A DNA stretch of 64,000 nucleotides from Entomortierella parvispora E1425. Its lineage: Eukaryota; Fungi; Mortierellomycota. The DNA lies in the NCBI GenBank assembly GCA_020891255.1, contig BQFW01000008.1:2976001-3040000 (forward strand), written 5' to 3'. Below are positions 54,055 to 64,000 of this stretch, piece after piece. A program made the position numbers and the translations under genes. Position 1 is the stretch's first letter. Each line of letters starts with the position of its first letter. The notes under the pieces are model-generated. The model was not told the origin of the DNA. It did no database searches and saw only the letters and a program-made list of their open reading frames with translations.

Positions 54055-54649
54055 GGGGTATTGTTGGTCTGTGTGCTGCTACTAGGCCGGTTTGTTTTCT
54101 GGTGTGTCGACAGTTTAAACAAGCAAGGGAATGGATGAAAGCAGGCTCAACAGAGCGTTCCTGTGACACTCGGGTTAGGAGGAACAAAGTGGGTAGTGGG
54201 TCCCTCGACTAGCACGGTGCTCCCAGGGTTGCACAGGTAATAATAGGAATGCAGCTGCAGAGTCTATTGTCAGGGGAGAAGGAAGGGGTGGTTGGGGGGA
54301 AGACCGAAAATGGAGGGAGGAGAGAAAAAGAAAGAAAAAGGGATTAGCAAGATGGTCCATCCAAGGTCCATGTGGATGTGTGGTCTGGTCTGGTCTGGGC
54401 TGGGTCTGTGTCTGCATGGGTCTAGTCCCAGTGTCTCCTTCTTGTTCTCATTCAGGCATGACCAACCAGCATGAGCTCATCCAGCTCCATCCCCGTCTGA
54501 ATCAGTCCGAGTCGAGTCGAGGGAAGGGAGAAGGGGAGTCGAGTGCATGGCCATCCGTGCCTGTCCTGTGTCGGTCGGTCGAATGGACGGAGGAAAGAGA
54601 AACTCGCTCTCTTTTTTCCCTGCCGAGAGAGTCTGGTGTGTTCTTGCCA

Positions 54650-55700
54650 GTCTTTTTTTTTTTTTTTTTTTTTTTTTTTTGGCAGGCTGGGTTGCTTGCT
54701 GACGGGGATGATGGACAAGATCGATCGTCTCTTTCTCTCTCTCTTTTTTTTTTCTCTCTCTCTCTCTCTCTCTCTTTGACCTTCAGGTCACTGCCGCGAA
54801 TAGATGCACTTGACAACCGGTCTGTTGTCTCCCCCCCTTCATCTCTCTCTCTCTCTCTCTTGTGTTTGTTTTCCAAGAATAACGTGCCTAGAGGCAACAG
54901 TTCCAGAATCTCCTTGCCTTTGTGTTTGCCTCGTTGGATCTTCTCCTCTTTCCTCTTCCTCTTCCTTGGGCGCCCTCCTCTCCCGCCCTTTTACTTTCCA
55001 TTCTGCCCTTATGCCCTCTTTTGTCCCGAGACAATGGCGTCCATGGAAAAAAGGAGACGCGGTATCCACGCGTGATGATAGTAATAAAACACGCACCCCA
55101 AAATGAACCCAGGTTCCTTCTGTCCCTGTTCCTGCCTCTGTCTCAGTCTCTGTCCCCGGGGAGGAGGACCGACTTGGTTGCAGGTTCGGATAATTCTCTC
55201 CACGGAGAGAGAAAGAGAGACAGGGAGGGAGGGAGGGAGGGAGGGAGAGAGAGAGCAAAAAGGAAGGAGGCAGTGGTCGGTGGTCGGTCTGACTGTCGAG
55301 GGCAGGGAAACTCAAAATGAAGAGGACAACAGGGACAGACACCCACAGCCTTGGCCCCCCTTTTGTTGCGTTGGCTGAGTTGTATGCTTTGAATAGCAGT
55401 GCAGAGGGGTGGAATCCGTGTCTGCCGAAAAACGGTACCTGCGTGAGACGGCGTGAAAAGGAGAGGAGCGGAGAGAAAAGAGAAGGAGAGAGAGAGAGTG
55501 AGAGAGAAAGAGAATGCGAACAAAAAAGAGATGATGTAGGAATGTCGTGATGATGATGGGGGGGGAGAGGAGGAGGTAAGGCTGATGGCGGGACGTGAGC
55601 GTGAGCGAGAAAAAGAGAAAAGGAGGAGAGGAAGGAAAGACACTGAGAGCAAAAGAGAGAAAGAGAGGGAAAAGAGAAAAGAGAGAGGAGAGGATCAGCT
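54650..55700. repeat. Low-complexity (CT)n/(GA)n/poly-T tract in a long intergenic or leader region
   Basis: Poly-T at ~54652-54680, (CT)n at ~54730-54860, GA/GGGA-rich runs at ~55205-55700. Confidence 0.8.
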
Positions 55701-58550
55701 TGGACAAAGGAGGGGGGAAGGTGAAAAACGTGGTGATTTTGATGTCTAGCAATCGGGCCATGGCAGGGCAGGCAAGCAGGGCAAGCCCTCTTTTTTTTTG
55801 GTTGCTGTACATAGACAAAGGGCTGACTGAAGGTAGTCTATCAGAGCATGGTTGCAAGAGGGTTGAGAGCACTATTCCTCCGTCCGTTAGTAACCAGCAT
55901 CTTCGAAAGAGAAGGACATCAGTCAAACAGAGACCAATTGTATCAAAAAAACGGGTGGACCCAAACCAAAAAAGACGTTGCACAACAATTATTATGGCGT
56001 GTATATGTAATGAGTGAATGGGTTCGTGCTGGACTGAATGAACCTGCTCCCCTTACCTGTTCCTGTTCCTTTCCTTGCCTTCCTTCTTCGGATAGACGGA
56101 TCAAAGGTGGAGCCATGGAACAAACCATCTTTCAAAGGAAGCAAGGGGTACATCCTGTTTGCTACTTGGGCTAAAAGGTACCAAGAACAACCATGTCGGC
56201 GACAGAAATGATCTAAAACCCAACTCAATGCCATGGGGGTGGTGGTGGTGGAGACAAGAGGGTTCAGAAAATGGTTCCTTCCCTTCTTGCATTCTTGAGA
56301 GCATCTCATAATGCTGTATCGCTTGTCTGGCTGGCGGGCTGGCGGGCTGGCTTTCTTTCAATCATTTCTTCTCTGTTACCTCGCTGTCTGCTGTTCGTTC
56401 ATTCTCGTTCCTGCTCACCGAACCTCGTTCAATCTGCTCATGAACTTGCCAATCTTAAACAAACCTCTCACACCGTTTTCACTTTTTTCAATAAAGGGCT
56501 TTTCTGTGGACTGACTGTCTTTCCGAAACCTTTCATTCACTGGAACGCCCAACCCTCTCCCTTTCTCTGTATGGAGGGACATTGGACGAAAATAACGACA
56601 TCATTGCCGGTCACCCCCTGGATAGAGCGCTGCCGTTAGTTTTCGTTGTGGATCGTGGACTCAATGCATTGATCGCAAAGAGAGAAATGAAAAGGAGCTC
56701 AAACATCAAACGCCCTCCTGCCCCTATCGACGCTGCAAAGCAACTGCAGCTGCCACTGCAATCGATCGTCATTTTTCTCTTTCGAGATAGTCCCCAGGGG
56801 TACTCATTTCCACGGGGAGATGGACAGGGCAAAGAGCAGAGGTAAGGGTGCCTAAAACATCTGTTCTTTCCCCCCCCCCCCTTGGATATCCACCTATTTT
56901 CATTTCACTCTCTTCATGCAATGCACAGCAAAATTTACCCAGGCCCTTTTACAATCAGCCTGATACCCCTGTCTTTCCATGAAACTGACGTGTCTGGCTT
57001 CTCCCTGTCCGTCGTTCTGCCAGGTCGAGGTACATAAGAGACAGAGAGACCGTCGCCAAACCGGCTCTGTGGAAAACGAATCGAAAAAAAAATAAAGATT
57101 CGCAGATCGTCGTTTTTCGCCATGGCTAAAAACTCCGCTTCACTGTGGACCATGATGACTTCCTTCCACTTGTTCCTCCAGTTGTTGGTCAAGTTTCCAC
57201 GACCGCTTTCTCGGTTTCCTTTCCTTGATTTGGTGGAATGTGTCAGGAATGAACCCGATCTCCTAAGCCAATGTTCCAGTTTTTGATTCCCAGGGGATTC
57301 GAGCACAACATGCCTCGCCAATTTTGTGAAAATTGGAGGACATGACCCCCCCCACGTTTTTTTTCGTTTTCGTGTATCGTTCACGTATACCTTGGCTCCT
57401 CAACCGTTGCATGTCTTTTGCCAACTTTGTGTCAATTGACAATAAAAAAAATTGTCATTACTGAAAGTTTGAAATTATTGTCCGTGTGCGCACATTTGCT
57501 TTGTTTGCAACAGGTATCCTCCGTCTATCCCTTTGGTTTGACATGCTCCTCTCTCGCTCGCTCGCTCTCTCTCACTCCCCTGCTCTGATTATCTGTCCCC
57601 AGTGGTTGGGTTGGGGAGGAGGACAAAGGGTGGAGGGAGTGTCCAACATGGAAATCAATCAATAATGCGGTGCGATCCGTTGACCATTCGGGCTCACGGA
57701 TCGAACTGAGAAAGTGAGTGAGGACATCATAAAAAAATAGACCAAACATAATAATATCCAGGAACACGAGAGCAAAACAAAATTCCTTTTTGTCCTTGCT
57801 CTTCTTTGCTTGTTTTTGTTTTTTTGTTTTGTCCTACCCCTGTCGTGGTATCCTCGGATCCGTGGGTGTGGAATGAGATTCCTGCATTGCGCTGTTTGCT
57901 CTTTCCCTCCTCACAAAAAAAAAAAAGGAAACGATGACGGCGGCGGGGTTTGAGAGGATGGAAGGGATTGGTTGGGGCAGTAGAATATTTTTTTTGCATG
58001 ATCGCGCTAAGCTCCTAAAAAACGCGCACGCGTTTGTGTGTCCACCTCTCAACGCACCATACGAACAAATAGCTACCCGCCTACATGTACATGCACATGG
58101 AGAATGTGAAAGAGAAACAACAGGAAAGACACAATTGAATAAAAAATGCAACAGAGAACAAAGTCGCGTCCTCCTTTTTTTATTTTGGGAAAGGGTAGAT
58201 GATCAACAAGAACACTGCGAAGGAAGAGATGCTAAACTACAACGGAAAGAAGGATGAGAAGGGGGAGAACGGGAGGGTTTACACAAAAAAGAGAGAGAAA
58301 GGGAGAAAAATGAGAAACGATTGATACAAAAAATAATACAGCGTCCCTTAGAAGAGGGACGGGGGAATAATCACTTAATGAGCTAAGGCACAAACACATT
58401 TGGGGCGACAAACGGGAGCGTGCGCGACACAAGAACAAGGGCTGTGAACCAAAGAACAGTCGAGAGGACTGAAGTTCACTCCATTAGCCCTGTTTTTGCG
58501 CAGGTCGGCAACCCGAAATCGATGGTATTGAAACTTGGAACCTTTTTCCA

Positions 58551-60152
58551 TTAATGAGCCATGATGGCCACCTTGGCTGCTGGGGGCGATGGCGTGGCGC
58601 TAGGGGTAATGATCTGGCTCTTGGACAAAGGGCTCGTGATGGGGATAGCATGGGAGATCCGGGCGGGCTGGTTGGGGGGCGAGGGAGGAGGCGAGATACG
58701 AGCAGCGTACGAAGGACGACCCAGGGGTTGCTTGGGCGCGAACTGGTTGTGGTCGGGTCTCATCGAGACCTTGCCCCTGGTGCTGTCATAGATGGTGTTG
58801 ATGGATCCGTGGTCACCGACTCTGAATGACACGGAGAAGGGCTCGACCCAAAGAACCAGGTCCTTGGGGATATGGCCTTCCAAGGTGGCCATAGGCAGGG
58901 AGCTGTTCTGTGCGGCCTAGTAAAAATGAGGTGGAGGCAACCATAAATGAAACGAGAGCACGGTTCAGTCAGTAACAGAGTCAATGAACAATAATTGGGA
59001 AACGAAAAGAGGAGGCCGTTGTTACTGCACGTTGTTTCCCGTGCTACCACCACGCACTCATCCACCCTCCTTTTGGGGGGGAAGGAGGGGGAGGGAAGGG
59101 AAGAAAGGGAAGGGAGGACAGAGTCCTCTTGTGCTGCACAATGACCACAGTCCCAGGAAGGAAAGCAGCAGGACAGAGAGACACACAGACGCACTCATTC
59201 CCAACAAACCCAGCTGCTAAATGTAGAACCCAGATGCAGAAGAGATGCGACCCCGCGAAAAATAGAGGACGTCGCATGCCAGTTCATGCTAACCAAGAGA
59301 CCATGGGAAAAAGAAGGGCGGGTAGCAACGTGGTTCTGTCTGAGTGACGGAGGAACAGAGCCAACAAGGAAGGAGGTGGTGGTGGTGGTGTCTGGGTTGG
59401 TCAGTCTGTCCATTGGTCGGTGGTGGTGCAAACACTGGGCACAGGGAATAAGAACGGAGAGGAACGATACACACAACCGACAGACGACAACAAGGAGAAA
59501 GAGGGAGAGAGAGAGACGGACGGAAGTGGTGGGTACACAAGGTGGGATCAAGAGGACAGACCAGCCTGACAGACAGAGAACCACCCGAGCCCAAAACGAA
59601 CGGGAGTACAAAGAATGATCTGCCTGCATGCATGTCTGTCATCAATGTGATGGGGAATGAGCTTCAGCCCAGTGGTTCATCTCCCCTGGGTTCATGGGCG
59701 GCTCTCCTGCTGCTGGGGGGGGTGGGTGGTGTTGCATGCATGCATGCATCAACGTGCATGTGGGCAGTAGTAGCTAAGCATGAGAGCCCTCTTTTTCTTA
59801 TTTTTTTTTTTGGTTTCTGTGGGTCACCCGCCTTCCCTTCCTTCCTCTCGCTCCTACCCCAACCCAGAGCTCCAAGAACTGTGGTCCTCCTTTGGACATG
59901 CCATGGCAATCAAGGGCAACATACCTGGCACAAAAGAGGATCGACCTTGCCTCCAAAGGAGGTGATGGCCCTGTATCCGTTGCCCCAGTGAGGACGGGCA
60001 GGGTCCCAGTGATCGGTATACTTTTCTTGCATCAGCTTCTGGACCTGGACCTTGAAGTCCTCGATGATCTGAGCAGGCGTGGTCGAGGACGGGGCCGAGG
60101 CCGAGAAGAAGCGACACAGAAAGTCGGTAGCGCACGAGATTTCGATCAGCAT
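58551..60152 (-). CDS. BTG/Tob (anti-proliferative, APRO) family protein, 2 exons, 197 aa
   Basis: Exons 60152-59925 and 58916-58551 are in phase with a 1008-bp GT-AG intron. EISCATDFLCRF..., Box A EKYTDHWDPARPHWGNGYRAI...KVDPLL, Box B IPKDLVLWVEPFSVSFRVGDHG, and a Pro/Ser-rich tail. Confidence 0.92.
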
Positions 60153-60564
60153 GGTTGTGGATATGTGTATATGTGTATATGTGTGTGCGAGTATGTGTTT
60201 GAGAGGGACAAGGTGGGCCAAAGAGTGAGCGGGTAGGTGTTGAAGATACAAAAAACCACAACGAAAAGGAGCAAGAAGGAAGAGGAAAGACGTAAAGTAA
60301 AGTAAAGTGAAGTGAAGAAGTGAATGAATGAATGAATGGAAGGAAGAAGAGAAAAAGGAACTGATGCGACAATGACTGAGAAGGACAAAAGAGGAGTGTC
60401 AACTCAGAAAGGTGGGAGGGATCACACGGCTGTGCGCTGATTGGTCGGACCGTGGTCTGTCTGCCTGTTCTCGCCGTGGACGTAGACTCGCCTTGTTTCA
60501 ACGTACAAATCACACACGAACCTATTTTTATCTTGGGCACGTGTTCTGGCACTGGGGTCGCGCT

Positions 60565-62121
60565 TTATTCCTTCAACCATGGGGGAACAAAGACGGGGTC
60601 AGTCCAATAGCCGCCTGCTTTCCTGCCACCACCGGACTGGTGAGGCAACTTGCGGATGCACTCAAAGCATTGCTGCCAATCGTGGGGCTTCGTTTTCAAC
60701 AAGGTGCCAGGGTCGCTGGCATCCCGCGCTCTTCGTCCTGACCACAGCTCGAAGGCCTTGAGCGCTCTGCTCACGTACGACTTATGATCCAGGTCCACCT
60801 CCCGTTCTCCGCACCCTCTACACGTTGTAAAGTTGACTAAAGATCTATACCGGATCGTGTCCCTTGTACCCTGGCCTCCACTGGCAGGAATGTGCCTATA
60901 CCAAAATTGAGTAAAAACCTGAGCGGACCTTTGTTGTTCATTGGCACGTTCGCAGCAAGTGGCACATTTGCCAAACACGATTCGAGAATCGTACATGGCA
61001 CTATTGTGTGCGTTCTTTGATAACTGGAGCGAGTCATCGTAAACAATGTTGCAATTCCACATGAGTCTGCTTTTCTTAGCCGCAGCCAAGAGTTGTTTGT
61101 GCAAGTCATTGCCATATCGGGGCCTGCTGCTAGAGTGGTATGATAGTTGTGAAGGTCCAGTAGGTGTAACCATCCTCTTACCCTGCTGTTTGTTTCGATA
61201 TGCCATAGGGACACAGCGACCAGACTTGGAGGTGGCAGTGGAGGAGCTGGAAGACTCTGCATAAGTAGGGGCAAAGGCATGGACCGTAGGTGCACAAACC
61301 ATGGGTGGTGATGTAGTTGTTCCAGCAATTGCTACTTGGGCAAAATCAGAGACGAAATTTTGAAGTGTCCCTATATCCGTATCAATACTCTTGCGTTTGC
61401 AACGCTCTTGGTCAATGAAAGGACGCGTCCACGGCGGTATTGCCTTCATATCAATCCTGTTCAGGTCCTGACGTTCCAGCTCCTGAAGCTTGTCTTTCAA
61501 TTCGACCAAGGCCGCATCTGATTTTTTCGAAGGAAGTTTGAGTCTGAACTGGGGCTTTGCCGCTGTAGTCAAAGTAACTTTTCCTGCAGCAGCCGTTGTC
61601 ACTGTTGCGACTTTTGTTGTTTTTCTTGTCGTCGTAATTGTTGTGGTTGTAATTGCCGCTGTTTTTGTTGGCGCTCTTGATGCAGCAGACTTTTTTCTCG
61701 GTCTTGCTTTTGTTGATGTCGCCTTTGTTGGCGCGCATGATGTGGTTTTCGGTTTTTTTGCGTCTCTCGATGCTTTGGTCGTTGCTGTTATTGCTGTCAC
61801 AGTGGTTGCGGTTGCTGAGGAAGCGGTCCTGATGTGTGTGGTAGCGGCACTGGCTCGCAATGGCTTGCCCTGCTGCAGCATTTTACTTTTTCGATGGTGT
61901 TTCTCCTGTTCAAGGATGGCGCGAGCCCAGCGAGGAAGAGCATTCGTCTTTTGTCGATTCAACCTTTGACGGTTCATCTTGGCCACTCTAGAAGCAAACA
62001 GCACTGGGTTGGTGCTACGCAATAGCGAAGCTGAGGACGAGGACTGGACGGAGGTTGCAGATCTCGATGAAGCTGCTGCAGCCACAGCTATAAGAGTCCT
62101 TCTTTTCCTACTAGCAGTCAT
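60565..62121 (-). CDS. 3CxxC-type zinc-finger protein, paralog 1 (518 aa, intronless)
   Basis: C-terminal VFGKCATCC...TTCRGCG...KPHDWQQCFECI, collinear with paralog 2 (shared DTIRYR, KAFELW). The N-terminal half is K/A/T-rich. Confidence 0.75.
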   Translation of the reverse strand: MTASRKRRTLIAVAAAASSRSATSVQSSSSASLLRSTNPVLFASRVAKMNRQRLNRQKTNALPRWARAILEQEKHHRKSKMLQQGKPLRASAATTHIRTASSATATTVTAITATTKASRDAKKPKTTSCAPTKATSTKARPRKKSAASRAPTKTAAITTTTITTTRKTTKVATVTTAAAGKVTLTTAAKPQFRLKLPSKKSDAALVELKDKLQELERQDLNRIDMKAIPPWTRPFIDQERCKRKSIDTDIGTLQNFVSDFAQVAIAGTTTSPPMVCAPTVHAFAPTYAESSSSSTATSKSGRCVPMAYRNKQQGKRMVTPTGPSQLSYHSSSRPRYGNDLHKQLLAAAKKSRLMWNCNIVYDDSLQLSKNAHNSAMYDSRIVFGKCATCCERANEQQRSAQVFTQFWYRHIPASGGQGTRDTIRYRSLVNFTTCRGCGEREVDLDHKSYVSRALKAFELWSGRRARDASDPGTLLKTKPHDWQQCFECIRKLPHQSGGGRKAGGYWTDPVFVPPWLKE

Positions 62122-62477
62122 TGCAACTTTGAATTCGTGAATGACAATGTGACAATGATGAGCAGAGATGATCCTCTTAATGAGATGATTGGAAAAGTTG
62201 CAGATGAAAGAGGGCCTTCACCAGGACCGTGGGACACACGCGACTCTGAAAAGAGGGGGACGTGCTTCGCCATCGCAACCATTCAGTTAAGGGGCGTCTC
62301 GACGCGATTGAGGGCCTGGATCACTCGGAAGTGGCGAAGGCCGACTTGCTCCATGGTTCAGTGTTGGAACTTTAGAAAATGGTAGATAGGAAGTAATCTT
62401 CTCAAGCTGCTCTGCATATCCATGGATGATTTCAAGTTGCCCGTTCTGTCATAAATCATCAAGTTTATTCATTTCAT

Positions 62478-63923
62478 CTAATGATACACTCCTGCGATGC
62501 ATGCAGCGCATCGGTCCTCATCATGAGGATCGGTGTCCTCCACTACAGGACCTTTCGGCTCCTCACGCTTTCTTCGCTTTGTCCACAGCTCAAAGGCCTT
62601 GATCATCGTTTTCGCATACAAAGCACGATTCAGCTCTGCATGCATGTAAACCTCGCAGCCTTGACATTTTTGATGATAGACCAAAGCTCTGTACCGAATC
62701 GTGTCCTTGAAACCTGGGCGGTCACTGCCGAGAGTATGCTTGAACCATAATCGAGTACAAATCTCGGCAGAGTGCCAATGTCGTTGTCCACTGCCCTTAC
62801 GGCAAGAAGTGCAATAGAACCGTCCAAACATATTGCGGGTCCTGTGTTCTACACCATCCTGCATCACAGGCTCCGACTTTAAGATTGACTGTGCAAGTAG
62901 GGGATGCGATATGATATTCTGATCGTAGACGAGGTCGCAATCCCACAAAGCAGTTTTCTTTTTCTCGGCCGCTGCCTGCGCAAATCCGTCGTGCAAGGAG
63001 ATGGCTTCCCAGACCCCAGTGCTGGGCCCCCCTCGTTGGCGCCTTCCCTTTTTTTCAGTTTTTTTCTTCCTCTCATCGGCTCCAGATTTCTTTTCTTGTG
63101 CTTTCGCGCCTTTGTTGCTGGGGTTAGATCCAGAAGAGGAGCTCGAGCCAGAAGAAGAGCTGTGATCTGAGGTTGAGTTATTGTCTGAAGCAGAGAAGGC
63201 GCTTGATGTGACGCCGTCTGCGGAAGAAACGGCCGCCGTGGTAAATTCTGGGGTAGTACCAGAGGTGGAGGCTTCGTTCATCTTCCGACTAACACGCTCC
63301 TTGTCAATGAGAGAGCGCGTCCACGATGGCGCCACTTTCAAATCAATCGCGTTCAAGTCCTTGCGGTCCAGTCCTTCCAACTTGACTTTGAGCTCGGCCA
63401 AGGCTGCGTCTGATTTTATCTCTGGGGCCTCGAGTTTGAACTTTGGTTTGTCTGCTTTGACTTTGGCGCCTGTCTTCGCAGGTGCCTTGGTAGAGGCTTT
63501 CGGGCCAATATAGATAATACCGGTGGCAAGCACGTCAGGATTCGGCGACCTCAGCGAGTACAAAGACAAGGCTTTCGTGTCAACATAAGAAGCAGCGACA
63601 GAGGTGGTAGCAGTGACCAGGGTCCTGTTCCTGTTTCTGACGGCTGTTGCGACATTGACCGCGTTGGTGACCATGGGACGATGACAAGACGAGAGTCGGT
63701 GTGGCATCCTTTGAAGGAAGGAATGCAGATGGAGTGATGGTAACATTGTTGCAATGAATGAGCCGAAGGCCGAGGTGAAGTGTTTGTGAAGGAGAGATTG
63801 CAAAAGTGCTGACGAAGCAATGAATGCGCTTTTATCAGGAGGGGGTCGCGTCGACTTCTGCTTTGCCATGGGTTGCTTTGCCATGATTTTGCTGTGCCCG
63901 CTGTGGCTGCTGTGCCCATGCAA
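62478..63923 (-). CDS. 3CxxC-type zinc-finger protein (RTP/ZAR1-type domain), paralog 2 (up to 481 aa, intronless; start could be a downstream ATG)
   Basis: Canonical pattern MFGRFYCTSC...WHSAEI...YHQKCQGC...DPHDEDRCAACIAG with three CxxC pairs and a PH motif. Confidence 0.85.
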   Translation of the reverse strand: MHGHSSHSGHSKIMAKQPMAKQKSTRPPPDKSAFIASSALLQSLLHKHFTSAFGSFIATMLPSLHLHSFLQRMPHRLSSCHRPMVTNAVNVATAVRNRNRTLVTATTSVAASYVDTKALSLYSLRSPNPDVLATGIIYIGPKASTKAPAKTGAKVKADKPKFKLEAPEIKSDAALAELKVKLEGLDRKDLNAIDLKVAPSWTRSLIDKERVSRKMNEASTSGTTPEFTTAAVSSADGVTSSAFSASDNNSTSDHSSSSGSSSSSGSNPSNKGAKAQEKKSGADERKKKTEKKGRRQRGGPSTGVWEAISLHDGFAQAAAEKKKTALWDCDLVYDQNIISHPLLAQSILKSEPVMQDGVEHRTRNMFGRFYCTSCRKGSGQRHWHSAEICTRLWFKHTLGSDRPGFKDTIRYRALVYHQKCQGCEVYMHAELNRALYAKTMIKAFELWTKRRKREEPKGPVVEDTDPHDEDRCAACIAGVYH

Positions 63924-64000
63924 CTATTCGGTTAAGGGGCGCATCACGCAAGGCCAAGGAGACACAAGGGCGCGACAGCCCCAGATCGTATACATCGGGC

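Noticed and set aside
56935-57384. 149-aa minus-strand ORF in the long intergenic region
   Set aside because: Non-ATG start, no motif, and no coherent splice context.

Overview
Eukaryotic fungal genomic DNA with about 50% GC and GT-AG spliceosomal introns. The gene families (F-box/LRR expansions, ARM-like-NACHT-pentapeptide-WD40 proteins, FAD monooxygenase, Kelch-TM protein) point to Mortierellaceae (Mucoromycota); this assignment is an inference. The left 45 kb is a fast-evolving, immunity-like region. It holds four intact paralogous F-box/LRR genes plus one relic, and two intact 5.4-kb intronless NLR-like NACHT-WD40 genes plus one relic. These form a repeated head-to-head module, F-box/LRR(-) <- ~1.17 kb -> NACHT-WD40(+). 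Two complete modules lie in a ~10.7-kb direct segmental duplication (offset ~13.13 kb), and a third, decayed module lies just upstream. The duplicates are a mosaic of near-identical and strongly diverged patches, and the WD40 sensor region is the most diverged. All four intact F-box genes share an upstream TTTCGCGACGCGTC motif. Ordinary genes are interspersed: a DHHC palmitoyltransferase, an FAD monooxygenase and a Kelch-repeat membrane protein. The right 19 kb holds a CLASRP-like SR splicing factor, a large histone-fold protein, and a tight co-directional cluster of a BTG/Tob gene with two 3CxxC zinc-finger paralogs. No rRNA, tRNA, CRISPR array or intact transposon was recognised.
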